Counted from the stretch's first letter, positions 18,167-27,729 are shown. The stretch is 64,000 nt of DNA from Candidatus Zhuqueibacterota bacterium (GCA_022566355.1 JADFJB010000003.1:15377-79376); one strand, 5' to 3'. Notes: generated by a model from the letters alone, not told the origin. Numbers and translations: made by a program.

Positions 18167-18706
18167 GTGAATATCTTAGTCGGTTCTCTCAATCCGGTAA
18201 AAATTGATGCTGTAAAAATTTCCTTCTCAACCTATTTTCCGGATATAACGGTTAGTGGTATTGAGGTTTTTTCAAATGTTGCGGGTCAACCGGTAGATTC
18301 GGATACCTTCCTTGGCGCCCAAAATCGTGCAAAAGCATTACAAAAAATAGATACTGAACAAAATCTTAAAGCCCGATTTTTTGTTGGAATCGAAGGAGGT
18401 ATTCAGGAAATCTTTTCAAAATGGTTTGCTTTCGGTTGCATGTGTATTATGGATCGGGAAGGCAAAATTGGATTTGGCACCTCTCCCCAGTTTGAACTTC
18501 CTATGGTCATTGTCGAGCGTTTACTGAACGGTGAAGAACTCGGTGACGTTATAGATGATCTCACCGGATTGAAAAACACAAAACAAAAACAAGGGGCAAT
18601 TGGATATTTAACACAGGGTGTTTTGGATCGCAAGAATATTTATGTCCAGGGATTACATATGGCTCTCATCCCATTTTTAAATCCAGGTCTTTTCAATTCC
18701 AAGTAA
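18167..18706 (+). CDS. yjjX: inosine/xanthosine triphosphatase (non-canonical purine NTP phosphatase, YjjX family)
   Basis: The conserved pattern matches E. coli YjjX: NP.K...NRA...FVGIEGGI...GEELG.V.D..TG......KQGAIGYLT.G.L.R...Y.Q.L.MALIPF.N. GTG start. Confidence 0.85.
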   Translation: MNILVGSLNPVKIDAVKISFSTYFPDITVSGIEVFSNVAGQPVDSDTFLGAQNRAKALQKIDTEQNLKARFFVGIEGGIQEIFSKWFAFGCMCIMDREGKIGFGTSPQFELPMVIVERLLNGEELGDVIDDLTGLKNTKQKQGAIGYLTQGVLDRKNIYVQGLHMALIPFLNPGLFNSK

Positions 18707-18781
18707 TCGGTTATTTTCTGAAATTCGAAATTAGAATTTATTATTGGCAATGATGTTCTTTTTATAGATATTTAAAATTTA

Positions 18782-18954
18782 TTAATTAGTGTCTGAACGA
18801 AAAGCATCCATTCTGTCATTCCCGCATGCTTTTAGCGGGAATCTACCTGCTTGAAATGATTAGATTTCGGCTCAAGCTTGTCCCTGCATGTTTTTAGCAG
18901 GGAAGATTACCGGAATAACACTAGTTGTCGAGTTTTCGTTCAGACACTAATTAA
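18782..18954. mobile_element. 173-bp MITE with perfect 22-bp terminal inverted repeats (TTAATTAGTGTCTGAACGAAAA), carrying two internal REP-like hairpins
   Basis: Left end 18782-18803 is the exact reverse complement of right end 18933-18954. Internal units gtcattcccgcatgcttttagcgggaatc (18815-18842) and gtccctgcatgtttttagcagggaag (18880-18905). No ORF. Confidence 0.7.
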
Positions 18955-19227
18955 GAAACGAATTCAGTTCTATCGAAATATCAGGAGGTGAAAATGGCAG
19001 ACCAGGTGTAATTCAGTATCCCACCTCGCAGTCTGGCTCGCGCAGATGTTGAATTTCAGAGAAAACGGAACTTTGATGGGAACATTACAAATTTCAAAAG
19101 GATCGTTGGTGTGGTTTCCGGCAAAAACGACTTATGGCCATAAGATGGAATGGGGTAAATTTGCGAAGATCATGCAACAGGAGACTGCATTGATTTGAGC
19201 AGAGATGACAAACCAAGAGATTGTGGT

Positions 19228-19956
19228 ATGATTGAAGTCAAGAACTTAAGTAAAGTTTTCAAGGATCGAAAAAAAGGAGATGTTTGGGCCTTAAATGATG
19301 TGTCGTTTAGTATTGGGCAAGGGGAGATTTTCGCATTATTGGGGCCAAACGGTGCAGGCAAAACCACGACTTTACGAATTTTATCTACCCTAATCGAACC
19401 CACTTCCGGTGAAGCACATATTCAACAATTTTCAATTAAGAACAATAAAGAAGATATACGCAAACTCATTGGAGTTGTCTCCTATGAAACCGGTGTTTAT
19501 GAAAAAATGACACCTAGGGAAATCGGGTTATTCTTTGGCAGGTTGAATGATCTTACAGATGAACAAATCGAAAAGAATCTTGAATACATTTTCCAATTGC
19601 TCCGCATGAAAGACTTTTGCGATCATCGTACGGATAATTTTTCTTCAGGCATGAAACAAAAGACTGTCATTATGCGAGCACTGGTGACTAATCCTCAAAT
19701 TCTCATATTCGATGAACCAACCGCCGGACTTGATTTATTGACTGCAAAAAATGTGACGGATTATATCAGGCTCTTGAGAGATGATGGCAAAACCATTTTG
19801 TTTTCGACCCATATTTTATGGGAAGCCGAAAGATTGGCCGACAGGATTGCCATTATTCATAAAGGAAAAATTGTAGAAAATGGCACGCTTACTGAGCTGC
19901 GTCAAAAAACCGGAAAAACAGATATTGAAGAAATTTTCTTTTCTATTGTGGATTGA
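19228..19956 (+). CDS. ABC transporter ATP-binding protein (ABC-2 type exporter)
   Basis: Walker A GPNGAGKTT, signature SSGMKQK, Walker B ILIFDEPTAGLD. The track start at 19195 is TTG; the ATG at 19228 (MIEVKNLSKVF) is more likely. Confidence 0.9.
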   Translation: MIEVKNLSKVFKDRKKGDVWALNDVSFSIGQGEIFALLGPNGAGKTTTLRILSTLIEPTSGEAHIQQFSIKNNKEDIRKLIGVVSYETGVYEKMTPREIGLFFGRLNDLTDEQIEKNLEYIFQLLRMKDFCDHRTDNFSSGMKQKTVIMRALVTNPQILIFDEPTAGLDLLTAKNVTDYIRLLRDDGKTILFSTHILWEAERLADRIAIIHKGKIVENGTLTELRQKTGKTDIEEIFFSIVD

Positions 19957-19959
19957 GCG

Positions 19960-20045
19960 TGGGGCAGCAAAAGTAAAAAGTAAAAAGTAAAAAGTAAAAA
20001 GGAAAAAGACAAAGGGCAAAAGGCAAATAGACATGAGACATGAGA
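19960..20045. repeat. purine-rich simple tandem repeats (GTAAAAA x4, GACATGA x2.5) in the intergenic spacer
   Basis: Read directly. Similar purine-rich AAAG/ACAAAGG tracts occur at 21240-21330, 50940-50995 (inverted) and 54880-54960, each just downstream of a transporter or Mo gene. Confidence 0.5.
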
Positions 20046-20064
20046 CAGGGTTATATAAATTAAA

Positions 20065-21195
20065 ATGAGAAATAAAGCAATTCTGGTTTATTCAAGAGAG
20101 ATGAAAGTGATGTTCCGGGATCGTAGGTTGATTTTGGGTGTGGTAATTGTGTCTTTGGTTGTGATGCCTTTTCTGATGGGACTAATTGGAAATTTAGATA
20201 AAATTGTCGGATCTGATGATACACCTGTTGATGTCTTGGTTTTTGTCAATGAACCGCCAGTTATTGATCTGTTGCAAGATTTGGATAATGTTAGAGTTTT
20301 AACCAGGGAAAATTTGATGCATGATTTATCCGAATCCTATTTGATTATAACAAAAGAAAACAAAACTTACAAAATCGAATATGATTCCATAGACAGAAGA
20401 ATCGCAAGAGTGGCATTAGAAATCCGTAATCGATTTGAAAACTGGCGGGATAGAGCTGTTACGGAAGCACTTTCAAAAAATGGAATTTCTCCTGATATAT
20501 TAAATCCTTTTTTGATCGAAATGGTAGATTCTTCTGATGAAGAACAAAAATCTGCCTTTGCATTAGGACTATTGGTGCCTTATTTGGTAATCATTTTATT
20601 GGTGGCAAATTCCATTCGGGCAATTTATATCGCAGTGGGAGAAAAACAACACAATACGATTGCTTCTCTTTTGGTGTCCACAACGCCACGTCATTCGATT
20701 GTAATTGGTAAGAGTCTCGCCATAATGACATTCTCGATTATTGCATCTGTTCTTCTCATTATTGGGATGGTGTTATTTGCAAATTTCGGATTTTCGATTT
20801 CCAGCTCGCTCTCCGATGTTCGGTATTCAATGTCTTTAGCACAAATGGGCGAATTGCTGGTCAATATTATGTCGGTTGCCTTGTTTGTATCTTCGGTAAT
20901 TATGTTCTTAGGAACTTTGGCCAGAAACTCCAGGGAAGCCGGAATTTACACGTCGCCATTGATTTACATTTCGATTGTTTTAGCGGTGTTTTCGATGTCA
21001 AGTTCAAATTTTAGCACGAAGGTGTATGCCATTCCAATTTTGGGCAATGTTTTGGCGATGAGGGATTCTTTTCTCAATTCTCTTTCATGGATCGATCTTT
21101 TGCTGCCCATTTTATCCAATTTAGTTTTATTTTCATTGTTTCTCTGGGGCTCGATTAAATTATATAATAAAGAGACAGTTTTGTTTAGAAACTGA
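20065..21195 (+). CDS. ABC-2 family transporter permease
   Basis: 376 aa. One N-terminal TM, an extracytoplasmic loop, then 5 C-terminal TM segments. Directly downstream of the ABC ATPase. Confidence 0.8.
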   Translation: MRNKAILVYSREMKVMFRDRRLILGVVIVSLVVMPFLMGLIGNLDKIVGSDDTPVDVLVFVNEPPVIDLLQDLDNVRVLTRENLMHDLSESYLIITKENKTYKIEYDSIDRRIARVALEIRNRFENWRDRAVTEALSKNGISPDILNPFLIEMVDSSDEEQKSAFALGLLVPYLVIILLVANSIRAIYIAVGEKQHNTIASLLVSTTPRHSIVIGKSLAIMTFSIIASVLLIIGMVLFANFGFSISSSLSDVRYSMSLAQMGELLVNIMSVALFVSSVIMFLGTLARNSREAGIYTSPLIYISIVLAVFSMSSSNFSTKVYAIPILGNVLAMRDSFLNSLSWIDLLLPILSNLVLFSLFLWGSIKLYNKETVLFRN

Positions 21196-21214
21196 AAAGG
21201 AATGCATCCTTTTG
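21195..21214 (+). terminator. rho-independent terminator candidate (AAAAGGA-ATGCA-TCCTTTT)
   Basis: 7-bp stem plus T-run immediately after the permease stop codon. Confidence 0.5.
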
Positions 21215-21447
21215 AAAGGATGTAATCCATAATAAATAATAATTTACAAGGTGACAAAGGCACAAAGTAACAAAGGTACAATGAAAAGTAATAAAATGTG
21301 AAACGGCAAACAAAAAGATGAAGTTACAGAAAATTGGCTTAGTTTGGTTAGATTTAGTAGTAGATATCTAGTTAAATTTCAATATTATTATTGATATAAC
21401 TCAGGATTTAACCTGGTTGATTTTTTAAAACAGTTTTAGGAAAACTA

Positions 21448-21852
21448 GTGGGAATCTCAAATCAAAAAAAACAGGAACGCCCAAGCGGCCTAACCATTAT
21501 CGCCATTTGGTATATCTTTTTTGCAGTTTATAATTTAATTAGTGCATTTGGCTTTACCGCCGGCGTCTTTGGAATGTGGACAAGAGCAGAAGAATATACG
21601 GATCAATTAAACTTTGGTGTTCTTCTAACGACATTTGAAATATTGGCTACATTATTCTATGGCGGTGCAAGCGCAATTGTTGGTTTTGGCTTATGGACAT
21701 TAAAGAGTTGGGCGTGGAATGCCGGAGTTATCTTTGGAATTTTAATGCTGCCTGGAATACCGGTCGGGACTTTTATTGGTGCGGTAACCGTGGTTTATTT
21801 ATTAAAAAGTCAGCCCGCTAAGGAAGCGCTCACTAAAAAAACGAATCCCTAG
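21448..21852 (+). CDS. small 4-TM membrane protein (hypothetical)
   Basis: 134 aa, four hydrophobic segments, non-ATG start in the track. Overlaps the stop of the convergent metB-like gene by 4 bp. Confidence 0.45.
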   Translation: MGISNQKKQERPSGLTIIAIWYIFFAVYNLISAFGFTAGVFGMWTRAEEYTDQLNFGVLLTTFEILATLFYGGASAIVGFGLWTLKSWAWNAGVIFGILMLPGIPVGTFIGAVTVVYLLKSQPAKEALTKKTNP

Positions 21853-23009
21853 ATTCTATTAAATCCACGCTCCAGGTCATTGATTAAGTCTTCAACATCT
21901 TCAATTCCAACCGAAATACGAATTAGCCCATCGTTTAAACCGATTCTTTTTCTCTCATCCGTTGGAATCGACGCATGTGTCATCAGGGCAGGAAGTTCGA
22001 TAAGTGATTCGACACCGCCCAAACTTTCTGCAATGGCATGATAATGCAAACTTTCCACAAATGTTTTAGCCATTTGCAAATCGCCATCCAATTCGAAAGA
22101 AAGCATTCCGCCAAATCCGTTCATTTGTGTTTTCGCTAGTTCATATTGGGGATGGTTTTCCAAGCCCGGGTAAAAAACCTTCAATACTTTTGGATGTGAT
22201 TGCAGAAACCTGGCAATAGTTAATGCGTTTTTTTCATGCTGGCGCATGCGAATCGCCAGGGTTTTTAGTCCGCGTAAAATTAAATAGCTGTCAAATGGAG
22301 ATAACACGAAACCTGCAGCATTTTGCATGAACTTCAATTTTTGGTGGATTTTATCATCCGAAAGCATAATTGCACCTCCGACCGAATCACAATGGCCATT
22401 CAGATATTTGGTAGTACTGTGCAACGAAATGGTAGCGCCAAGGGCAAGTGGCTGTTGAAAATATGAGCTCACAAAAGTGTTATCAACCACGACTATGATG
22501 TCATTTTGTTTGGCTATTTCCGAAATCTTTTGGATATCGCAGATTTTGAGTAAAGGATTGGTCGGTGTTTCCAGCCAGATTAATTTGGTATTGGGTTGGA
22601 TAGCATTGGCTACTTCATCAGGATTACGAGCGTCTACAAAGGTTGATTCGATATTGAATTTGTCTTGAAAAACCTGGGTTAATAATCGTCGTGTACCTCC
22701 GTAAAGATCATCGAATGCAACAATATGATCGCCTGATTTTGTTAAGCTTAACAAAATCGCAGTTTCCGCACCCAATCCCGATGAAAAAGCCAATCCGTAT
22801 TTAGCATTTTCCAGAGCTGCGAGTCTCAACTGTAATGCGGTGCGAGTGGGATTATCCGTTCGGCTATATTCATATCCGGCAGTAGGTTTGTCGACCTCTT
22901 TCCTGGCGAACGTTGAACTTAAATGGATCGGAATGGCAACATCCCCGGTGCCCCCATCACGAAAATTGGGTTCTTCACCAATATGAATTGCTCGAGTCTC
23001 GAATTTCAT
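21849..23009 (-). CDS. PLP-dependent cystathionine gamma-lyase/gamma-synthase family enzyme (trans-sulfuration)
   Basis: Cys/Met-metabolism PLP fold with the Schiff-base Lys in STTKYLNGHCD. The track start is at 23039, but the Met at 23009 (MKFETRAIHIG) fits family N-termini. Confidence 0.85.
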   Translation of the reverse strand: MKFETRAIHIGEEPNFRDGGTGDVAIPIHLSSTFARKEVDKPTAGYEYSRTDNPTRTALQLRLAALENAKYGLAFSSGLGAETAILLSLTKSGDHIVAFDDLYGGTRRLLTQVFQDKFNIESTFVDARNPDEVANAIQPNTKLIWLETPTNPLLKICDIQKISEIAKQNDIIVVVDNTFVSSYFQQPLALGATISLHSTTKYLNGHCDSVGGAIMLSDDKIHQKLKFMQNAAGFVLSPFDSYLILRGLKTLAIRMRQHEKNALTIARFLQSHPKVLKVFYPGLENHPQYELAKTQMNGFGGMLSFELDGDLQMAKTFVESLHYHAIAESLGGVESLIELPALMTHASIPTDERKRIGLNDGLIRISVGIEDVEDLINDLERGFNRI

Positions 23010-23135
23010 GGGATCACCTTCAATAAATACATATGGCACAATTTATAGTTATAAATTGTGAGAGATTTGGTTATCAAAAACAGTAGTTTCAATTAAAATA
23101 GGTATGTGGATTTTTTATGAGGTTGGATGGAAACA

Positions 23136-24107
23136 TTACATATAGCCGTTTGTTTGCATCCAATTGTCATTGTATATTTTACTTAAATAACGATTCCCTG
23201 AATCCGGCAGGATGACCACAATATTCTTTGGCTCTGCTGATTTTTTTGCAACCTCAATTGCCGCCCAAAGATTACTGCCACTTGAACCACCTGCAAACAA
23301 TCCTTCTTCACTCGACAACCTTCTTGTCATTTGAAAGGAACACTTATCATTCACTTGAATAATGTCATCAATCACTTCAAAATCAACTGCCTTCACCAGG
23401 TAATCCTCGCCAATTCCTTCTACTTGATAGACATGCGGTTGCGGAAGTGTGCCGGTTTTAAAATAATCATAAAATACTGAGCCAATTGGATCTACGGCAA
23501 TAATCTGAATCTCAGGATTCTTTTCTTTTAAAAAGCGTCCTGCTCCACTCAAAGTTCCACCAGTACCAATTCCAGCAACTAAGATATCTAGATTTCCATC
23601 GGTTTGTTGCCAGATTTCGGGCCCTGTGGAGTAATAATGAGCATCGATATTTTTGGGATTGTTGTATTGATCCGGGTAATAGGAATTGGGAGTTTCCTGC
23701 GCGATTCTCCTCGCAACACTATAATAACTTTCCGGTGAATCCGCGGGAACATCTGTTGGAGTAACAACGACTTCAGCACCAAATGCCTGCATAAGATTCT
23801 TCTTTTCATCACTCATTTTATCCGGCATTGTGATGATGCATTTGTATCCTTTCACCGCTGCGATCATTGCCAGAGCACTGCCGGTATTGCCGGATGAATT
23901 CTCTACGATTGTTCCTCCGGGTTTAAGAAGTCCGTGTTTTTCGGCATCTTCTATCATATAGATTGCCATGCGATCCTTTATACTTCCGGATGGATTCACA
24001 TATTCGACTTTAGCAAATATTTTACTTGATAGATTCTTAGTTATTTTTTGAATTTCTACAAGTGGTGTATTACCGATATGTTCCAGGACATCTTTTTTAA
24101 TTTCCAA
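23136..24107 (-). CDS. cysteine synthase / cystathionine beta-synthase family PLP enzyme
   Basis: PLP-Lys motif SGSIKDRMA and the GNTG glycine loop. 323 aa with no CBS tandem domains. Confidence 0.85.
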   Translation of the reverse strand: MEIKKDVLEHIGNTPLVEIQKITKNLSSKIFAKVEYVNPSGSIKDRMAIYMIEDAEKHGLLKPGGTIVENSSGNTGSALAMIAAVKGYKCIITMPDKMSDEKKNLMQAFGAEVVVTPTDVPADSPESYYSVARRIAQETPNSYYPDQYNNPKNIDAHYYSTGPEIWQQTDGNLDILVAGIGTGGTLSGAGRFLKEKNPEIQIIAVDPIGSVFYDYFKTGTLPQPHVYQVEGIGEDYLVKAVDFEVIDDIIQVNDKCSFQMTRRLSSEEGLFAGGSSGSNLWAAIEVAKKSAEPKNIVVILPDSGNRYLSKIYNDNWMQTNGYM

Positions 24108-24313
24108 ATATATTCCTTTTTATAAATTTTAAGGGCATTTAATATTATCGAGATTTTCAGGATATTATCAAGTATAAATAATTTTAATAGCTTTTTTTGA
24201 ATCTTGAATTGAACGAAATTGAGGATTATTGAGTTTAGTCATTTAATTCAAAAAGATATTCGACAAAATCTCGTTGCTTTTCATGACACTTAGGTTTACT
24301 TTTAAAAAAAACC

Positions 24314-25111
24314 ATGATAAATTTTAGGATATTTGATATGAATCCCAGAAAATCTCTCCAGTCTGTAAAAAATTCAATTTATTTGATTCTAATTTTTTGT
24401 TTGTCTATTCAATTCCAAACTGAGCTTGGAGCAACTCCTAATGAGGGCGGCAATATCAAATTTGGTGTTGCTTTTCTAATGGGATTTCCACAATCTGAAT
24501 TTGCCGATAATGTTGAAAACAACGGGTATGGTCTCAATGTCAATTTTGATTATACATTTCCCCAAAGTCCTTTTGCTATCGGCTTGAGCGGAGGATTTTT
24601 AATTTATGGACAGGAAACCCGGCGTGAGCCTTTTAGCTTAACCATTCCGGATGTTACGGTTGAAGTAACAAGAAGCAATAATATTGTGCCGATTAATCTT
24701 TACTTCAGGGTTGTTCCCATCGCTGGCGCTGTATTACCATATGTAGAAGGTTTATTTGGCTTGAATTATCTTTTCACAGAAACATCCATAAAAGATGTTG
24801 ATGCATTTGATGAGGACATTGCCTCATCCAAGAATTTGGAAGATGTGTCGTTTAGTTATGGGGTAGGCGGCGGTTTTATGTTTAGGGTTTATCAACAGAA
24901 CAAAAACCAGGGACGGACCAGGTCTGATGATGATGACAATAAAGTGAGCTCTGTTTATATCAACCTGGGATTAAGCTATAGGAAAGGCGGAGAAGCGGAA
25001 TATTTGACTAAAGGATCGATAACGATTGACGATGGCATTGTAACTTATGATGCTCGCGAATCCAAGACAGATATTATGATGCTAAAGATTGGAGTAGTAA
25101 TAGCGTTTTAG
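24314..25111 (+). CDS. outer-membrane beta-barrel protein (hypothetical)
   Basis: Signal peptide, amphipathic beta-strand pattern, C-terminal ...IGVVIAF. Confidence 0.6.
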   Translation: MINFRIFDMNPRKSLQSVKNSIYLILIFCLSIQFQTELGATPNEGGNIKFGVAFLMGFPQSEFADNVENNGYGLNVNFDYTFPQSPFAIGLSGGFLIYGQETRREPFSLTIPDVTVEVTRSNNIVPINLYFRVVPIAGAVLPYVEGLFGLNYLFTETSIKDVDAFDEDIASSKNLEDVSFSYGVGGGFMFRVYQQNKNQGRTRSDDDDNKVSSVYINLGLSYRKGGEAEYLTKGSITIDDGIVTYDARESKTDIMMLKIGVVIAF

Positions 25112-25417
25112 AAAAAAACATTATTTAGCGATAGCTCGTTAATAATCCTAAGTAATGTAGGGGCGGTTATGATTTTTCCCATAGTAAATTAACATTGCAC
25201 AATAGCACTGTCTCCAATTATTTTAAGAAAATGTAATAATCTACTTGTGTCCTTACTTTTGAAACCATATATTAACGGATTCAAATGAACAGACATAGAG
25301 CTTCTTCAAACGCTCAATTTGAATTTGATTCAAAATCAAGATTAACATTTTCATGTTATGAATTACAATTTACTAGTTTACAATATTTTCTATAGAAACT
25401 GTTAGGAAGGGATTTCT

Positions 25418-26968
25418 ATGAAGAAACTTCGTATTGGTATTATCGATCTCGTTACCAAGGGACCTACAAAAGCATTGTGGGGGCGCGTTATGAACCCCAA
25501 TTTTGCCAGCATTATGCCCCAGGTGCTTGCCAAGTGGTGTGAAGATAGTGGCCATGACGTGAAGCTCGTGTGTTATACCGGTTTTGAGAATTTGACCGAA
25601 GAGTTACCGGATAAAGTTGATATCGTTTTTATTGGCGCTTTTACGCAAGCTGCACAATTAGCCTATTCTTTGAGTAATCTATTTCGCTCAAAGGGAGCAA
25701 TTACCGTACTGGGTGGTCCCCATGCCCGTTGTTATCCACAGGACGCACAAAAATACTTCGACTATGTTCTGGGATTTACAGATAAGTCAATCGTCAATGA
25801 AGTTTTACAAGATTGCTCACAAAATCGGCCAATGGGTGTTTATCTAGAGGCTTCGCAACAACCACAAACACTGCCCGGCGTAAAAGAGCGCTGGAAATAT
25901 ATAGAGCAGACGCTCGATAAAGCCCCATTTATCAAGATTGTTCCGATGATTGGAAGTTTGGGTTGTCCTTATACTTGCAGCTTTTGTATCGATTCGATAG
26001 TACCTTATCAAACCTTAGATTTTGATGTGATCAAGGAAGATTTGCGGTTTCTGTTAACTAAGTTTAAACGGCCGATCGTTGGATGGCATGATCCAAACTT
26101 TGGGATTCGGTTCGATGATTATATGGGTGCGATTGAAGAAGCCATACCCCCCGACAGTATTGATTTTATAGCGGAAAGCAGTTTGTCGCTTTTGTCTGAA
26201 CCCCATATGCAAAGGTTACAAAAAAATGGATTTAAAGCACTTTTGCCTGGCATTGAATCCTGGTATGATATGGGAAACAAATCGAAAACCGGTAAATTGA
26301 TGGGATTGGATAAACTCAATAAAATCTCGGATCATGTTAATATGCTATTAAGGTATGCTCCCTATATTCAGGCCAATTTTGTGCTCGGACTTGACGTTGA
26401 CGAGGGACCGGATCCGTTTGAACTTACCAAACAATTTTTAGATAGGTCACCGGGCGCTTTCCCAGCGTATTCCCTGCTTTCGGCTTTTGGAAAAGCAGCG
26501 CCTCTCAACCTCGACTACCAGAGAGAAAACCGGGTCCTACCCTTCCCATTCATTTTTCTCAACAATAATCATGCAATGAATGTAAAACCGAAAAACTATG
26601 AATGGCCTGAATTCTACGATTACGTGATTGATGTTACCAGGCATGCATTTTCCTGGCCTCGGATTTATAAACGGTTCAAAGCTGCACGCGGCTATATTCC
26701 AAAATGGATGAACTTTGTCAGGGCAGTGTCGTCTGAAGGATTTGGCAGAATAAAATACTACTCGAAAGTACGCCAATTGCTGGACGAAGACCGGCAGTTT
26801 CGCAGCTATTTCGAACAAGAGACTACCGTTCTGCCAAAATTTTACATGGATCAGGTAAAAGTATCATTAGGCCCATTATTTGAATGGCTGCCGGAAGGCG
26901 CTTTGTTTCATGATCCCCATGCCTATCTGAAATCAGAAGAAGAATTGGCTGTTAGAAAAAGGGCTTAG
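25418..26968 (+). CDS. B12-binding domain radical SAM enzyme
   Basis: N-terminal B12-binding-like Rossmann segment (RIGIIDLV...DVKLVCYTGFEN...DIVFIGAF) followed by the CPYTCSFC (CX3CX2C) radical SAM cluster motif. Confidence 0.85.
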   Translation: MKKLRIGIIDLVTKGPTKALWGRVMNPNFASIMPQVLAKWCEDSGHDVKLVCYTGFENLTEELPDKVDIVFIGAFTQAAQLAYSLSNLFRSKGAITVLGGPHARCYPQDAQKYFDYVLGFTDKSIVNEVLQDCSQNRPMGVYLEASQQPQTLPGVKERWKYIEQTLDKAPFIKIVPMIGSLGCPYTCSFCIDSIVPYQTLDFDVIKEDLRFLLTKFKRPIVGWHDPNFGIRFDDYMGAIEEAIPPDSIDFIAESSLSLLSEPHMQRLQKNGFKALLPGIESWYDMGNKSKTGKLMGLDKLNKISDHVNMLLRYAPYIQANFVLGLDVDEGPDPFELTKQFLDRSPGAFPAYSLLSAFGKAAPLNLDYQRENRVLPFPFIFLNNNHAMNVKPKNYEWPEFYDYVIDVTRHAFSWPRIYKRFKAARGYIPKWMNFVRAVSSEGFGRIKYYSKVRQLLDEDRQFRSYFEQETTVLPKFYMDQVKVSLGPLFEWLPEGALFHDPHAYLKSEEELAVRKRA

Positions 26969-27191
26969 TGGAATTATAAGTCGTTAGTAATTCCCTGTGC
27001 AAGTTATTGGTCTAAGAATTATGTAAATGGCCAACTAAATTTCAATCAATATGAATACTAAATATAACTGATTGAATTTGCAGAAAAGGAAATTAGGGGT
27101 GCGAGTAACCCATTGGAGAGGGCTGGGTACATGGTTGGTAAAAAAATATCACATTATCGAATTTCTGGTGGATAAGATAGGGTTATTGTAA

Positions 27192-27729
27192 ATGAGCCAA
27201 CCGATTGTACATCATCGTAAATCTATTAGATTGCAAGAATATGATTACGGGCAAGCAGGGGCTTATTATATAACAATTTGTACCTATGACAAAAAATGTA
27301 TCTTCGGGACTATTACTGATGGACAAATGCTTCTGAGCGAATTTGGGCAAATTATGGAGGATTGCTGGAAAACAATTCCCAAGCATTTTGATTTTGTTCT
27401 GTTAGATGTGTATAGTATCATGCCAAATCATTTACATGGAATTTTAATAATAGTAGGCGACGCATGCGTCGCCCCTACTAAAATTACAAAATTCGATGAG
27501 ACCAGCAGGACCTCAATCTCGGTCATTGGGTGCAATTATAGGTTCATTTAAATCTGCAACAACAAAACAAATTAATGAATTACGTGACACTCCTGGTTAC
27601 CAAGTTTGGCAACGAAATTATTATGATCATATAATCCGTACAAAAAGATCTTTACAGCACATCCGGAAATATATCTTCAATAATCCACTAAACTGGAATT
27701 TGGATGAAGAAAACCCTGGGAAAGCTTAA
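27192..27729 (+). CDS. Y1 HuH transposase of IS200/IS605 / REP-associated tyrosine transposase (RAYT) family, interrupted by a 1-nt frameshift at CCCC 27472-27475
   Basis: HuH motif NHLHGILII in the first track ORF (27192..27551). The downstream part SLGAIIGSFKSATTKQIN...WQRNYYDHIIR (catalytic Tyr region) is in the +1 ORF (27496..27729). Removing one C gives a continuous protein of about 179 aa. Confidence 0.75.

Noticed and set aside
24108-24313. SAM or other riboswitch upstream of the cysK/metB-like operon; B12 riboswitch upstream of the B12-rSAM gene (25112-25417)
   Set aside because: No recognisable conserved cores (SAM-I kink-turn and GA motifs, B12 box) were seen by eye. Neither can be excluded without a covariance-model scan.
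27455-27472. 18-bp GC-rich perfect palindrome GGCGACGCATGCGTCGCC inside the RAYT gene next to the frameshift; considered as a programmed frameshift site, recoding signal or operator
   Set aside because: The frameshift is fully explained by a single extra C in the adjacent CCCC run. The palindrome simply encodes VGDACVA and has no slippery heptamer context.
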